DNA from: Octopus vulgaris
Taxonomy: Eukaryota
Reading direction: 5' to 3'
Assembly (NCBI GenBank): GCA_951406725.2
Contig: OX597815.1
Coordinates: 118,668,001-118,732,000, forward strand
DNA length: 64,000 nt
In this document: piece after piece, positions 1 through 12,779 of the stretch
How positions within the stretch are numbered: the stretch's first letter is position 1
Layout of the letters: the number at the start of each line of letters is the position of its first letter
Position numbers and translations under genes: made by a program
Notes under the pieces: generated by a model
Databases searched by the model: none
Seen by the model: only the letters and a program-made list of their open reading frames with translations
Told to the model about the DNA's origin: nothing

Positions 1-234
1 GCTTATGAGCCGACTGCCACAAAGAGATTTAGTAAGTTGCATGCAAGGTAGTTCAGGCTGCCAGTTCGCTTAAGAAATTATTGGAGCGTTAACTGGTATT
101 TTGAGTCAATGAATGCTGTAACGTCCATGCATAATGTTGGCCTTAGACATTAAAACTTCTTTTCTCTCTCTCTCTCTTTTCACCCTCTCACTCTTTTCCC
201 CATTCTCTCTTTATACGTACACATCTGTGTATGC

Positions 235-265
235 ATATACATACATACATACATACATACATACA

Positions 266-299
<34 letters not shown>

Positions 300-427
300 C
301 ATATATATACATACACACATACACACATACATACATACATACATACATACATACATACATACATACATACATACATACATACATACATACACACATACAT
401 ACATACATACATACATACATACATACA
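235..427. repeat. (TACA)n microsatellite
   Basis: Direct tetranucleotide array; probably the expanded (ATGT)n tail of the adjacent minus-strand element. Confidence 0.95.
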
Positions 428-980
428 TGGTGGCTGCCCCCTCGTTATCGAGTATGGCCATTGCACGAAGCTTAATCAATGTTGTCATCGTGCAATGCCT
501 GTGCAAGAAGATTTTTTTTTTAAGTGAGGAAAGGCTGTGTACTGAGTCAATCCCACTCACTAAGCAACAGCAGCCATAATCCGAAAAGAAGAACAAGTCA
601 ACATCATCGGTAACCACTGAGCCGCAGGTTTTTATGTCGGAGTTATCCCAGTTACCTGAGTACCTTCTCCTAGAAGGATGCCCTAACAAAGGCTAGGAGT
701 ACTTCACTCCCAATGGTTTAACCGCGCGATCGGGGTATTCAGTCCGATTATTTTTATGTCCCCGCGCATGATACAGCCTTCAGACATTTATTGGATGGCC
801 GTTGACTCTCAAGAGTTCCTCCTCCCTTTGACGAGTTTTGTTTTTCAGCCGCATGGTGTCCAATAAACACCCTTCTCACCAAGCAAGCTTGGTGGGGTTG
901 CCGGTTTAGTCGCCAACGACCCGACCATGCAACAGGTTGTACTGGGTTACATGTTAGTAGTAGCACTCGAAAATGACCTG
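428..980 (-). mobile_element. Probable RTE-derived non-autonomous retroelement (5'UTR-like part plus 3' tail)
   Basis: GC-richer block ending on the minus strand in ATGGCCATACTCGATAACGAGGGGGCAGCCACC(ATGT)n; this tail resembles that of the RTE 3' end at 42595. No ORF. Confidence 0.45.
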
Positions 981-999
981 ACATATACACACACATTCA

Positions 1000-1568
1000 G
1001 TCAAAATCTTGGTGTTTGGAGTTATCACTAGTGATGGTGATGTTATGATTCCATTTATCTTCCCACACGGCCTCAGACTCAACACGGAGGCCTACATCAA
1101 GTGCCCGCAGGAGGTAATGTTGTCCTGGATCAAGAGGGTGGCTACTAGAAGACCCTGTGTCTTGCATGTCTGGCAACAGGATTCTGCGTCATGTCACACA
1201 AGCAGGAAAACCCAGTCACGGCTGTCGAACAATTTCTGCGACTATATAACCACTAACATTTAGCCACCTAACTCCCCAGACTGCATTTTGTGCGAGGCGC
1301 AGTTGAGCGACAGACCAACAAAACTCCCTGTAACACGAAAGTTGAACTGAAAGCAAGGATCATTGCAGCATTCAGCAACTTAAACAAGGAGACCATCCAG
1401 AAGTCGTCTGGAGGCTGTGAAGCCAATGGTGATTTTATGGAATAAATTTAGCGTTTAGTATTTCGAGAAATTTTTATGTAATTTTGGTAAATGTATCTGT
1501 TAAAATGAGATGACAGTGTTCTTTTCGTTTTTGCGTAATTTAGACTACAATATATTCACCGAACCCTG
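1000..1568 (+). mobile_element. Tc1/mariner (maT/DD37D-like) transposon 3' remnant
   Basis: VFGVITSDGDVM...WQQDSASCHTSRKTQ...*PPNSPDC; the third catalytic motif is deleted and there is an in-frame stop. Ends in a TIR-like TATTCACCGAACCCTG. Confidence 0.85.
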
Positions 1569-1704
1569 TTTGTGTGGTTATGTAAGTACAGTCACTAACA
1601 AACAAAACTTCTAAGTTAGAACTGTTACCGGTTTTTTATGTGATTGATTGCATATATGCAGGTGTATACGCCTACACTTAAAAAAGTGTGTGAAGACATT
1701 TCTG

Positions 1705-2230
1705 AAAGACTTCCGCCCATCCCTCACGCCAATTTCTCCAAAATTTGTTTATCTAATTTTTTTTTGCCAAAAAACCCCGTTTTCGGACTCGGAGGTTCCG
1801 GAAAATTGCCAAAAATCGGCATTGTTAAATTTTTTCCTCTCCCCACAATTCTTCAATTTTAACTTTTTCCCCAACACTAACCCTAACCCTAACCGTAACC
1901 GTAACTCCAGAAATATTTTGAAATTTTTGTCCGAATCATAATGTCCGTATTTTTCCGCATATTTAAAAAGAAAAAAAATTACAAAAATTTTTTGAAAAGT
2001 TTTTCAGAATCATCATAATCTCCATATTTTTCCGCATATTTTGAAAAAAAAAATTCTGAAAAAAGAGAAAAATGAAGGAAATAGGGGTGGGGGTAATTTT
2101 AAAATGCCGATTTTTGCCAATTTTTTTTTGCAGATTCGTATTTCCCGTAGCCGAAGAGGGATTGTTTGTGTCGAAAAAAAATTTTTTATTCAAAGAGTGG
2201 TTTTGCTGGGGTGGAGACAGGCGGAAGACA
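1705..2230. mobile_element. Fold-back MITE-like element with internal telomere-like hexamers
   Basis: Imperfect inverted arms (CTTCCGCC/GGCGGAAG; AAAATTGCCAAAAATCGGCATT/AATGCCGATTTTTGCCAATTTT) and CCCTAA/CCGTAA units at 1876-1905. Confidence 0.55.
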
Positions 2231-3072
2231 TCTCTTTAGCACTTGGATTTTCGTGCGTACGTGCGTGTGCGTGGGTGTGCGTAGGAGTGTGTGTATGTGG
2301 TATGTGTGTGTGTGTGTGTGTGCGCGCGCATCATTACTTTTTATATGAGTTTCTGCAGACGCACACGACCGAATATGTACATATAGTCACTTAAAGAATC
2401 TCAAATGGAGAATCTGTGAGATGTCTTACAAAGTTTTACTGTGCCTCTGTGTATGTATGCATGTATGTAAGTGAATATGTGTGTGTGCGTGCGCGCGTGT
2501 ATGCACGTACGTCCATATGTATATGAATGTTTGTACGGATGAGAAAAACAATGACGGAGACATTTTCCTCCGCCCCCCCCCCCCCCCAACACCACTACCA
2601 CTACCACTGCCACTTCAGAATATGAAAATGTATATAAAAGGAGATATTTCATTCATTACAGTACAGGTGACTATTTACCAACAACTACTAAAATAATAAT
2701 AATAAGATAAAATAGATTAAAGAATAAATAAGTATAACAAGGAAGTAATACTTTTTCATCCATATACGACTGGTCGTCATGTGAACATAAAAAGTCAAAT
2801 TAGCCGAAAGGAAGTAGGATTTGTAGACGCAAGTGAAAATAGCAGTTATTCACATCTCGAGGCTAGTGTCATTCTAAGGTCAACACTTAGTCTTCTGTTT
2901 TTGTTGTTAGTTTTACCCTAATCCTATGACATTCCCGGCACCCATTTACCCTATTCAGCTGATAGTGTTTACTGATGTACGTTCTCGAGAATGTCCTGTT
3001 TTAGTATCACGTTTCAATAGCCAGGCGATGAGCAGCCGAAATTAGGCCAAAAGTCCCTTTCACACGTATTAC

Positions 3073-3151
3073 GGGTTTCCTAATATTTTGGATGATATAC
3101 CTTCCTACTTCACACAAGGACTTCCTCTCCATATCACAGACCCACAATATA

Positions 3152-3226
<75 letters not shown>

Positions 3227-3353
3227 TTATATGTATATATATATATATATATATATTAGGTTTGGATATATATATATATTGTGGGTCTGTGATATGAAGA
3301 GGAAGTCTTTGTGTGAAGTAGGAAAGTATATCATCCCAAATATTAGGAAACCC
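3073..3353. repeat. ~80-bp inverted repeat bracketing a (TA)/(TACA) microsatellite
   Basis: 3073-3151 is the reverse complement of 3273-3353 with about 4 mismatches. Confidence 0.9.
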
Positions 3354-3354
3354 T

Positions 3355-3492
<138 letters not shown>

Positions 3493-3534
3493 AAAAAACA
3501 AAGGACGAAGACAGGTGGTGTAGAAACATAGATG

Positions 3535-3657
<123 letters not shown>

Positions 3658-3797
3658 TACATATCTCCCAGACAGCTAGCTGTCTGGGAGATATCTTATG
3701 GCCGTAGAATAGTATTTAACTGCTATTTCTAAATTTCGGTATGTGGTGAAGCAATTTTGCTGAACCCTAATTATAATTATGCTTATAATTATAGAAT

Positions 3798-3944
3798 CTT
3801 AGCGGTTCGGCAAAAGAGACCGATAGAATAAGTACTGGGCTTACAAAGAATAAGTCCCGGGGTCGATTTGCTCGACTAAAGGCGGTGCTCCAGCATGGCC
3901 GCAGTCAAATGACTGAAACAAGGAAAAGAGTAAAGAGAAAAGAG
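3798..3944 (+). mobile_element. SINE family A, 3' half
   Basis: Matches the 3' half of full copies (CTTAGCGGTTCGGCAAAAGAGACCGATAGAATAAGTAC...GACTGAAACAAG plus AAAAGAG tail). Confidence 0.9.
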
Positions 3945-4258
3945 TATATGGCTACAGGACGTTACCAACTGTGTAAACTAAATGAAATACGAAAACAAAT
4001 GAGTTAAATACGCAAAGAGAGAAAAAAAATGGAAAACAGGACAAGTAAACACAGAGAACGACCCTTCAGCAGTTGTCAGTTGTCTAACTACTCCTCATTT
4101 TGAGCATTCAACGACAATAAGGGTCTTCAAAGCCAGTTGCTCCCATAAATTCTGAAATAAAATTTAGAATTTATAGAGACAAAGATGGGAACAAAAACAG
4201 GACAGTGGAGACATACCAGGAAACCGAAGGAAAACAAACATGAAGGGTCATTTTATAT

Positions 4259-4334
<76 letters not shown>

Positions 4335-4336
<2 letters not shown>

Positions 4337-4585
4337 CATCAATAATAAAAGGGTAAAATCAATTAATTATTAATTAATTTTACCAAGTAGTGTTCAGTAT
4401 GTAAGAAGACCATTTACGGTATATTTAAAACATTACGTTATATAATTATATAACTAATTATATAACGTAATGTTTCATATATATATATATTATATGTTAT
4501 ATAATGCGACATTTATTACAGATAAATTTCTTCATCTACATAATATCGAGGTCTCTTTCATTCTTTTGTTGTCTTACCATCACTA

Positions 4586-4590
<5 letters not shown>
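4335..4590. mobile_element. Dispersed TA-associated repeat fragments (probably Penelope terminal pieces)
   Basis: 4335-4445 is homologous to 58870-58978 in reverse; 4510-4590 is homologous to 27175-27256; perfect 21-bp inverted repeat at 4428-4475. Confidence 0.6.
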
Positions 4591-4651
<61 letters not shown>

Positions 4652-4739
4652 AGTTAGTTTGTTAGTTAGTTAATTTTTGGCTCAAAAAGCAAAAAGCAAG
4701 GCCATGTAGGGGGACATGTAGTTATGTATAGGGTGGTGT

Positions 4740-6242
4740 TCATGTAAAGAGTTCAGGCGACTTGTGGTCAAGGGAGACTTTGAACCGAGCGGTCGTCGGC
4801 ATCTTCACCATCTCGTCCGGCAGCTTATTCCACGGATCCGCAACCCGGACGGAGAAAGCCCCTCTCCTTCGATTGAGCTGAAATCGTCGCAGATAGAGCT
4901 TTTCGGAATGACCCCGCAGCCGACGCTCTGGAGCAGGAGTGGAGAACAGCTCTTTCAAGAGGTTACACTTTCCGCTTATGATATTGTGAGCAAGAATGAG
5001 ATCACCACGGCGTTGTCGTTTTTCTAGAGCATAATGGTCGAGCGTCTTCAGCTTTTCTTCATAAGGCAAATTCTTGAGACCAAGAACCATGCGAGTAGTC
5101 AGCTTCTGGACTCTTTCGAGATGCTGTCTGTCTTTGAGGAGATAAGGAAAAGAGGCTTGGATCCCGTACTCCAATATGGGTCTCACCAGCGGTAGGAATA
5201 TGGCTGCTGTGAGCATTCCGAATGACCATCGAATTAAGAACAGTATTCCGCGTGCTTTGGTGGCAGCATGGACGCACTGGGCCGAAGGCGAAAAGGAGGA
5301 ATCCACCAAGATACCCAGGTCCTTTACCTGATCGGTCCTCTCCAGCAGCAGACGACCCGGCTCGAAATCAAGTTGAGTTTCAGGAGGAGAGCCAACAGGC
5401 AGATGACAGCACTTTGACACGTTCAGACACAGGTCCCATTCGTTAGACCATCTCCAAATTTGGTGGAGGCCTCGACGAAGATCCTCTATATCACCGCGAG
5501 GAGCGACCAATTTGACATCGTCGGCAAATAGAAGGGTGTGTTGCGTGAGGTCGTCGGGCAAGTCATTTATGAAGACTAAGAACAATAAGGGCCCAAGCAC
5601 TGAACCTTGAGGCATGCCACTGCTCGCACTGGAGACGTCGGACCGCGAAACATTAACTTGGACTTGGAAGGAGCGATCTGAGAGGAAGGTACCAACCCAT
5701 CGTACAATATCCGGATGGAAACTATATGCTTGAAGCTTGACAAGTAATAGGCGGTGGTTTACCGAGTCAAAAGCTTTGGCAAAGTCCAATAAAACGATGT
5801 CAACAGCATCACTATCATCGAGGATGCGTGTCACCAATTCTTCCATTACCAGTAAGTTGGTCAAGCATGATCTCTTCGGCACGAAGCCGTGTTGGGAATC
5901 GGAGATAGAGGCTGTGTTTTGGAGGTGGAGCATCATACTTTTCTTAAGGATAGTTTCGAACATCTTGCTGATTATTGATGTAAGGGAAACCGGTCGGTAG
6001 TTAAGCGGGTCTTCGCGGCTCCCTTTCTTGAAAATTGGGCAGATTATCGCTGTTCTCCAGTCCGCAGGTATAACACCCGTCGCCAATGACATATTGAATA
6101 GATGTGTTAAGGGCTCGCAGATGAACGGAGCCAACGCTTTGATAACCCGTGGGTGTATGCCGTCAGGGCCGTGACCCGTGTTGACATCGAGGCCTTGAAT
6201 AACGCGTTCGACTTCGTCCCGCGTGATGACCAATCGAAGCAT
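4740..6242 (-). pseudogene. CR1 ORF2 reverse transcriptase and C-terminal portion
   Basis: GPDGIHP, NYRPVSLTS, QHGF, LDFAKAFDSV, PQGSVLGPLLF, FADDVKL, RRGDLI, RLRGH, FSVRV..WNKLP. Confidence 0.95.
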
Positions 6243-6301
6243 TGGAGGTACCGATCTATCAAATGGAGGGGGTTCACGACCATCATCTTGTTTGAAAATA
6301 G

Positions 6302-7500
6302 TTAAAAAGCCTCGGCAAATAATTGACTCTGTTGATAAGGGTCCTCAATCGATACGCCTGTTGAGTCTACCAACGTTTCAATTTGGTTGTTCAAGCGGGA
6401 ATTCCGTTGGACATGGGCAAAGAAGGTTTTTGGATTGCTACTGGCGTTTGCCGCGATTCTGTATTCATATCTGAAGAGGTCTTCCTTTTCAATTTTCACG
6501 GCTCGGTCTCGTTGAGTTTTGTACACCTCAAAAGCTGCAGTCGAATCCAGATTTTTTAATTCAGCCCAATCAATATCTCTGAGTCGAAGTTCTCGTTTAA
6601 CCTTCTTCGTCACCCAGGGCTTGTGTTTCTTCTTCTTAGGAAGACCAACGGGAACTGCTTGGTCAGTCAACCAGATTACATATGCTTTGAGGGACGACCA
6701 TAGTTCGTCAACTGAGGACAACGTCATCAGGGATCGCCAGTCCAGAAGCGCGGAAGCCTCGGTTAGAATTTCAAGATTAATTGCAGAGAAGACTCTACGT
6801 GGCAGCGAAGTAGTCGTGGGCGTAGAAAAAATTGTGTGCATGACGAACTTCAGAACCGCATGATCACTCTTGACAAGAGGGGCGCACACAGATACGTCTG
6901 ACACTGATCTTGGATAGCGGGAGAATACCAGATCCAGCATAGATGGCTGCTGCCCAGACCGATGCCTTGTCGGATATTCAACATGTTGCGATAGAAAACA
7001 ATCTTCAGCCACGTCAAGAAGGGCCTGGCCGAACCGGGAAAATGATGTACAAATTGATGCGGGCCAATCGATCGTGGGAGCGTTGAAGTCTCCTAATATC
7101 AAACACTCATGAGAAGTTGAAACGAATCTTATCGCTTCGAGTAAATGAGCATCGTCCTGGGGGTCGGCAAGAGGCGGCCTGTAGACAGCTAACACGGGCA
7201 GGCAAAACCCGGATAGGCTCAGCTTGCAATAGACGGCATCGAATTTTGTTGTAGGTTGAGCATTAGTGGATAGAATACCGCTGGACGGTTTGAGATCAGA
7301 TTTAACATACACAGCAACACCTCCACCTCGCCTTTTTTCTCTGTCACATCTGAAGAGGGCGTAGCCCTGTAGGTGGATTTCCGAGTCCTTTACTGCTGGA
7401 GTCAGCCAAGTCTTGGTGATAGCTATCACATCAGGGAAACACGCATGGCCAGTGTAAATAGTTCGCTGAACTTTGGAAATAAGGAGCACGAGTTGGTATA
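6302..7500 (-). pseudogene. CR1 ORF2 AP-endonuclease and linker portion
   Basis: EEP-family motifs in the 414-aa ORF; its true N-terminus (YTNSCSLFPKFSEL) lies in the adjacent frame (ORF 7426-7632). Confidence 0.93.
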
Positions 7501-7688
7501 GACGATGCTGAGCTGTGAAGTTTGAGGGGCGGGAACTGGGGAACAAGCAGAATAAGGGGTATCAGAGATAGCATCGTTGACGGGGGTATCTACTTTACTT
7601 CGATTCGCCCTCGATTCACTTTCCGTCAGCACTACAGTATGCGACCAGAGGTAGGACTTGATTATTTGTCCATCTTGGATGCGTAAAC

Positions 7689-7721
<33 letters not shown>

Positions 7722-7863
7722 ATATATATATAATTCTTTAAAGGAACATTATACGCAATTCATTCCCCCAAAATATACACTCTCATTTAGTTTATGCAAC
7801 AAGTAAACAATACGGAGCAATAAAAAAATACAGTATTGTTAGTTTAGTTAGATGTGCACGTTT

Positions 7864-8856
7864 GGGATCTTTTCAATTGTGTGGCCAGGAGCCCAGATCT
7901 TTCTACTTAACTAAATAATTTGAAACTTCGTATGCTGGTACAGTGTTTCAAAACAATACACAGGTTGGAACTAGTTTATTTGAGAAAAATCTATTTTATG
8001 ACTTTAATCGTAGATTAAAACTGCGAATTTTAACCAATGAGATTGCTTGTTTTCATATTTAATACGTTACTGCATTCTGTTAGTGTGACGTAGAAAGCAG
8101 TTTTGTGACGTAAGCAACTGTGCACATTTGAGGCTAACATACATAGATACATACACACACACACACATACATACATATACACATACACCGAGTATTCACT
8201 CGAAAAAACTAAACACTGAATCGGCCATACATACATACATACATACATACATACATACATACACACACACACATACATACACACACATACGCACACACAT
8301 ACATAGATACATACACACACACACACATGCACACACATACATACAGATACACATACACCGAGTATTCACTCGAAAAAACTAAACACCGAATCAGCCATAC
8401 ATATACATACATACACACACATACATACACACACATACACACACATACATACACACACATACACACACATACATACACACACATACACACACACACACAC
8501 ATACATAGATACATACACACATACATACATACATTCATACATACATACATTCATACATATACACATACACCGAGTAAAAAATTTCATCGTTATTGTTTTG
8601 TTTATATACCATATGTTTACTACGTCACCAAATTGGTGGTCGAGACGGAGTAAATAATATGAAGCCGAAAGACGGAATACCATTGGTTAAAATTCTAATT
8701 ATTAAACAATGTTAAACTTAGAAGTTACAATTCCGTTTTCATTCTGGTTTACAATTAAGTTTACTTTTGACACATTCTACCAGTATACGAAGTTTCAAAT
8801 TGTTTGGTTCAGTAGGAAAAATTTGAAAAAACTGGCTTCACAAATGAAAAGATCCC
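7864..8856. mobile_element. MITE with ~100-bp imperfect TIRs and a microsatellite core
   Basis: Termini GGGATCTTTTCA...TGAAAAGATCCC; ACGTTT flanks both ends; internal ~55-bp direct repeat at ~8180 and ~8350. Confidence 0.8.
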
Positions 8857-8875
8857 ACGTTTGTTATATGCTTAT

Positions 8876-8931
<56 letters not shown>

Positions 8932-8940
8932 ACATACACA

Positions 8941-9012
<72 letters not shown>

Positions 9013-9039
9013 AGGTATCAAAGCATTGAATGCTTTGCT

Positions 9040-9900
9040 TTCTTACTATGCCCTTTTGTTGTTGTTTTTTGAAAATCGGTCTAGAGACCGAATTCTTTCA
9101 CCAAAGCTCTTAGATAAGATGGATGTCGTTAAAAAGGTTTATGGAAGAGACTGGGTCTTTTCTTCATTATCTCAATGAGATACTTGCAGGTCTTGCTATC
9201 GGCATGCAATAAATCCTGAATACCACCTGCATCAACTTCTCCAAATCCTACTTCCTGTATCATTTATTTAAGCTTATAACTGATTGCGTCTGTTTTATCC
9301 CCTATCCTATGACTTTCCTTAAATATATTTAAACAATTTTTTTGTTTTTTTTTTTGCAACCCCAATGAAATTGCTAAATTCTTCCCCAGAATTCTTTTTC
9401 AGACTGATATTGGTCGTTAGTCAATGTACCTATAACGAATTCAGTAGGTACAGACGTTTGATGTGAATATATAAGTGAAGGATGACCAAGATCAATATCC
9501 ACAAGCAGAAGTGCTTCGGACTCAAAATAATGTTTCTCAAAGTAACTTTTAACAGTAGAAAATGTTCAACGAACTTTTCTGTTGGATCTTCATGTCTAAT
9601 GCAGGCTTCTTTTGGTGGTTTCTGTGTGTTAAAAGACGTAATATGTTGGAAGTGATTTTCATTGATACTAAGTCAACTTCATTAGAATCGCTGAAGATGG
9701 AGCACATCTGAAAAAATTTCCACTATGTCTTTGGTGTCATTGTGGAGAATCTTGTTTTACCAACTGGTGAATCAGAAGTCCGATATTTTTTGGCAAATGA
9801 GAGTAGAAGACATCTGGATTGGTTAATTTTCTCAATGGTTTAGTCTTTCTCTGCGACCTTTGATGTTAGATTTCAAGCTGTTCTGATAGAGTTCTTTTCT
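9040..9900 (-). pseudogene. Ancient Tigger/pogo-like transposase remnant
   Basis: Minus-strand fragments VKSYFEKHYFESEALLLVDIDLGHP (cf. ALLLLDNAPGHP) and QEVGFGEVDAGGIQDLL; many stops and frameshifts. Confidence 0.65.
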
Positions 9901-11030
9901 TATTCTCGTGTTATTACAGCTGTCGGATTTTTTTTTTGTCCGGCTCCCAATTTTCACGAGCAGCCTTCAGTCAACCACATCTAAACCAGTACTTGTGTCA
10001 GAGATACTTTATCTCTCTGTATCATATTGTTTAGTCCGGTTATTGACATAATAAAGTGTAATTCACAATATGCGTTCACACTCGTAAACAAAGACACAGA
10101 TGTAAAGTGGTTGAAGGAAGATATCCCAGATACGTTGAAGGAAGATATCCCAAGTATAAGTCATATTTTTTTTATATTCTGTTGTATTCTTTCAGTTATT
10201 TCAGTTGTGTCACTGTGGCCATGCCGAAGCATCGCCTTGAAGGGTTAATCGAATAAATTAACCCCAGTGCTTATCTAACTTTCTTACTTATTTAATCAGT
10301 CTCTTTTGCTGCGCCGTTAAAATACGGGAACGTAAGCAAACCAATATCGGTTGTCAAGAGGACAAACACGCACACACACACATACACACACACACACGTG
10401 GTAAAAACTTAGTATCCTAAGCAAAGCTCGTTCGCATTTATTGGGTACCTGATATTCGCATATAGTGAGATATAGAGAAAATGTTCTCGTTACTAGATAT
10501 ATATCAGGAATTCCATAGCATCGGTAGAGTTTATATGAATAAATAAATGATAGAAAATTGAATGAACTGTATTCATACACCTTGTTGACATCTTACACCT
10601 TTGATGGATGTTAGGGATTACGCAGTTTGTTAATTACATCATCTCACCAATGTATTACGGGTGTAATGATGTGTGGAAACAATTGTAATAATATGAAACA
10701 CGGTACGTCCTCCAATTTATTTTCTATCAGTCATCTATTTATATATGTTATGCGCACACACACACACAAAATCATGTGTGTGTATAAAGGAAAGATCCAA
10801 GGATCAAGGTGTTTTTCAACTGTAAGTTTGGAAAACAATTAAATTTTTGGAAAAATTCCCCCAAGCAATCCGTAGAAGGTATATAGAAAAAAATCAACTT
10901 TCAGGAACAATAGTGATTTATTGGCGCAGAAGGTTGTGAATTTTTCCCATATCGAAATACGGTAAGCTAAAAAAAAAGTTAATTTTATAGTTTGCGGTTA
11001 GCAACAGAAGTTGTTGTATATGCGAATAAT

Positions 11031-11239
11031 CCAAAATTTAGGGAATGGAGTAGATAAAATCCAGGCTATGTATGTCTTATAGCTAGCGGAGCCTTGGAAG
11101 TAGTAAATTATCCAAACGAGGGGTAGACCACAAGCTAATCTTCAGGACAAGGATACCTTCACTAGATGAAGTTTACACGCACTCCCCTAACGACAATGTA
11201 AACTTCATATGATCAAGGTATCCATTCCCTAAATTTTGG
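11031..11239. repeat. Nested inverted-repeat element next to (TA)n
   Basis: Perfect 19-bp outer IR CCAAAATTTAGGGAATGGA and an imperfect inner IR (11151-11177 vs 11197-11223). Confidence 0.8.
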
Positions 11240-11267
11240 TTATATATATATATATATATATATATAG

Positions 11268-11490
11268 TGAAGGCGCATGGCTTAGTGGTTAAGGATTGCG
11301 AGATCGTGGGTTCGATTCCAACGACATCTGACATGTGGCACTCGTTGCACATGTACAGGTCGATCAGATGGAGGGAGTGATCTTATGTCTACACAAACGT
11401 TTGATTACTATAAATAAATCATCTGTGTGGTTGTTCGGTAAGAAATTGTCGAAGCCTTATACATTGTCTAACGACGGGAGGGTCCATCAA
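11268..11490 (+). mobile_element. tRNA-derived SINE (degenerate, distinct family)
   Basis: A-box TGGCTTAGTGG and B-box GGTTCGATTCC; a related minus-strand head lies at ~12140-12260. Confidence 0.6.
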
Positions 11491-12298
11491 ATATATATGA
11501 ATGAGAGATTTTGGTATCCAGAAGACCAAAAGTGGCAGGTAAGGCTATGCAAGTGCTACGGATGGACCGTAGTTAGACTCCCGGTTCGATAATAGTATGA
11601 GTGAGAAGTTTAATGTGGGTCATGTGCGAGCATGTATATGCTAAATAAAATGAGACAACAAAGGCAAGGCAGTGTGAAATTTCTAGGACATTAATAAAGA
11701 GAAAGGCAGTCTTACAGCTGTTAACAGCTGTAAGACGGCCTTTCTTTTTATAAATGTCCTACAAATTTCACAGTACCTTAGCTTTGTTGCCTCGCCCCAG
11801 GTGCTGAACTGTAGAAGTGAGCTCGAAATCATAAAGCTGTAAAATTTCCGTTGTTCTTATTATTTGGATTAAAGACTAGATCCAATTCAATACAGGCTTC
11901 CCTTTATTTTCCAAAATTTTCAAGTTTATTGGAATTATCTCCCTTGCTTTTTTTTTCAGAACTATAAACATCCCTGGAGTGATGCGCTTATTTGCTATAT
12001 GTAAGGATAATATCTGTTAGTGGTAGTTCTTCAAAACTCACTGTATTGCATATGTATGAGACTCGTGTGTGTGTGTAGTGGGGGGTGAGTTAAGAGAATC
12101 TGTCATGATTCTGTGACAGTTCGTCGCAGAGTTACTCATTCTTGCGAGCTGGGTGGAGTAATGTGAAATGAAGTGTTTTGCTCAAGAAAACAGCGCATCG
12201 TCCGGTCCAGGAATCGAACGATCACAAGTGCATCACCTTAACCACCAGGTCACGCGCCTATACCACACACACACACAGAGACAGACAAACACATACAA

Positions 12299-12367
<69 letters not shown>

Positions 12368-12412
12368 GTGACAACAGAAGATTGAGACCTGGATATTAGG
12401 TAAATAGAAGAC

Positions 12413-12452
<40 letters not shown>

Positions 12453-12476
12453 AGGAGATGTCGAACACGAGTGGTG

Positions 12477-12688
12477 ATATATAAAAAAGGAAATGAAGAA
12501 AATGCTGACAAATAATTGAAGTAATTTAAGTAATTTAATTAGGTGAAAGTTCTTTTACTTGCGCATTTGTTATACTTATCAAAATATCATATTTTGATAA
12601 GCATAACAAATGCGCAACCAGTAAAAGAACTTTCACCTAATTAAATTACTTAAATTACTTCAATTATTTGTCAGCATTTTCTTCATTT

Positions 12689-12702
<14 letters not shown>
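12477..12702. repeat. Near-perfect ~225-bp palindrome
   Basis: Two ~110-bp arms centred at 12588, differing by one substitution and one 3-nt indel. Confidence 0.95.
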
Positions 12703-12723
<21 letters not shown>

Positions 12724-12779
12724 TAGTTTAGGACAATCAGTAAGTTGTCGTAATAGAACTCAGCCTAACGATAAACTTA

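Larger units (their letters stand above)
4648..7690 (-). mobile_element. CR1-clade LINE, 5'-truncated, ORF2 nearly complete
   Basis: APE endonuclease (YTNSCSL, IAITKTWL, GGGVAVYV, ILGDFNAP, LDLVF, SDH) followed by RT; short 3'UTR ending in (TAAC)n; frameshifts near 7445 and 6305. Confidence 0.95.

Noticed and set aside
134-689. Long HTYI/MYVC-repeat ORFs, here and throughout the window
   Set aside because: They are translations of stop-free microsatellites, not proteins.
1876-1905. Telomere or fusion site
   Set aside because: Only about five degenerate hexamers inside a repeat.
3018-3052. Hammerhead-like GATGAG..CCGAAA motif
   Set aside because: CUGA core is not intact and the stems are unconvincing.
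8175-8580. CRISPR-like repeat-spacer pattern
   Set aside because: The spacers are (CA/TACA)n microsatellite inside a MITE in a eukaryotic context, with no cas genes.
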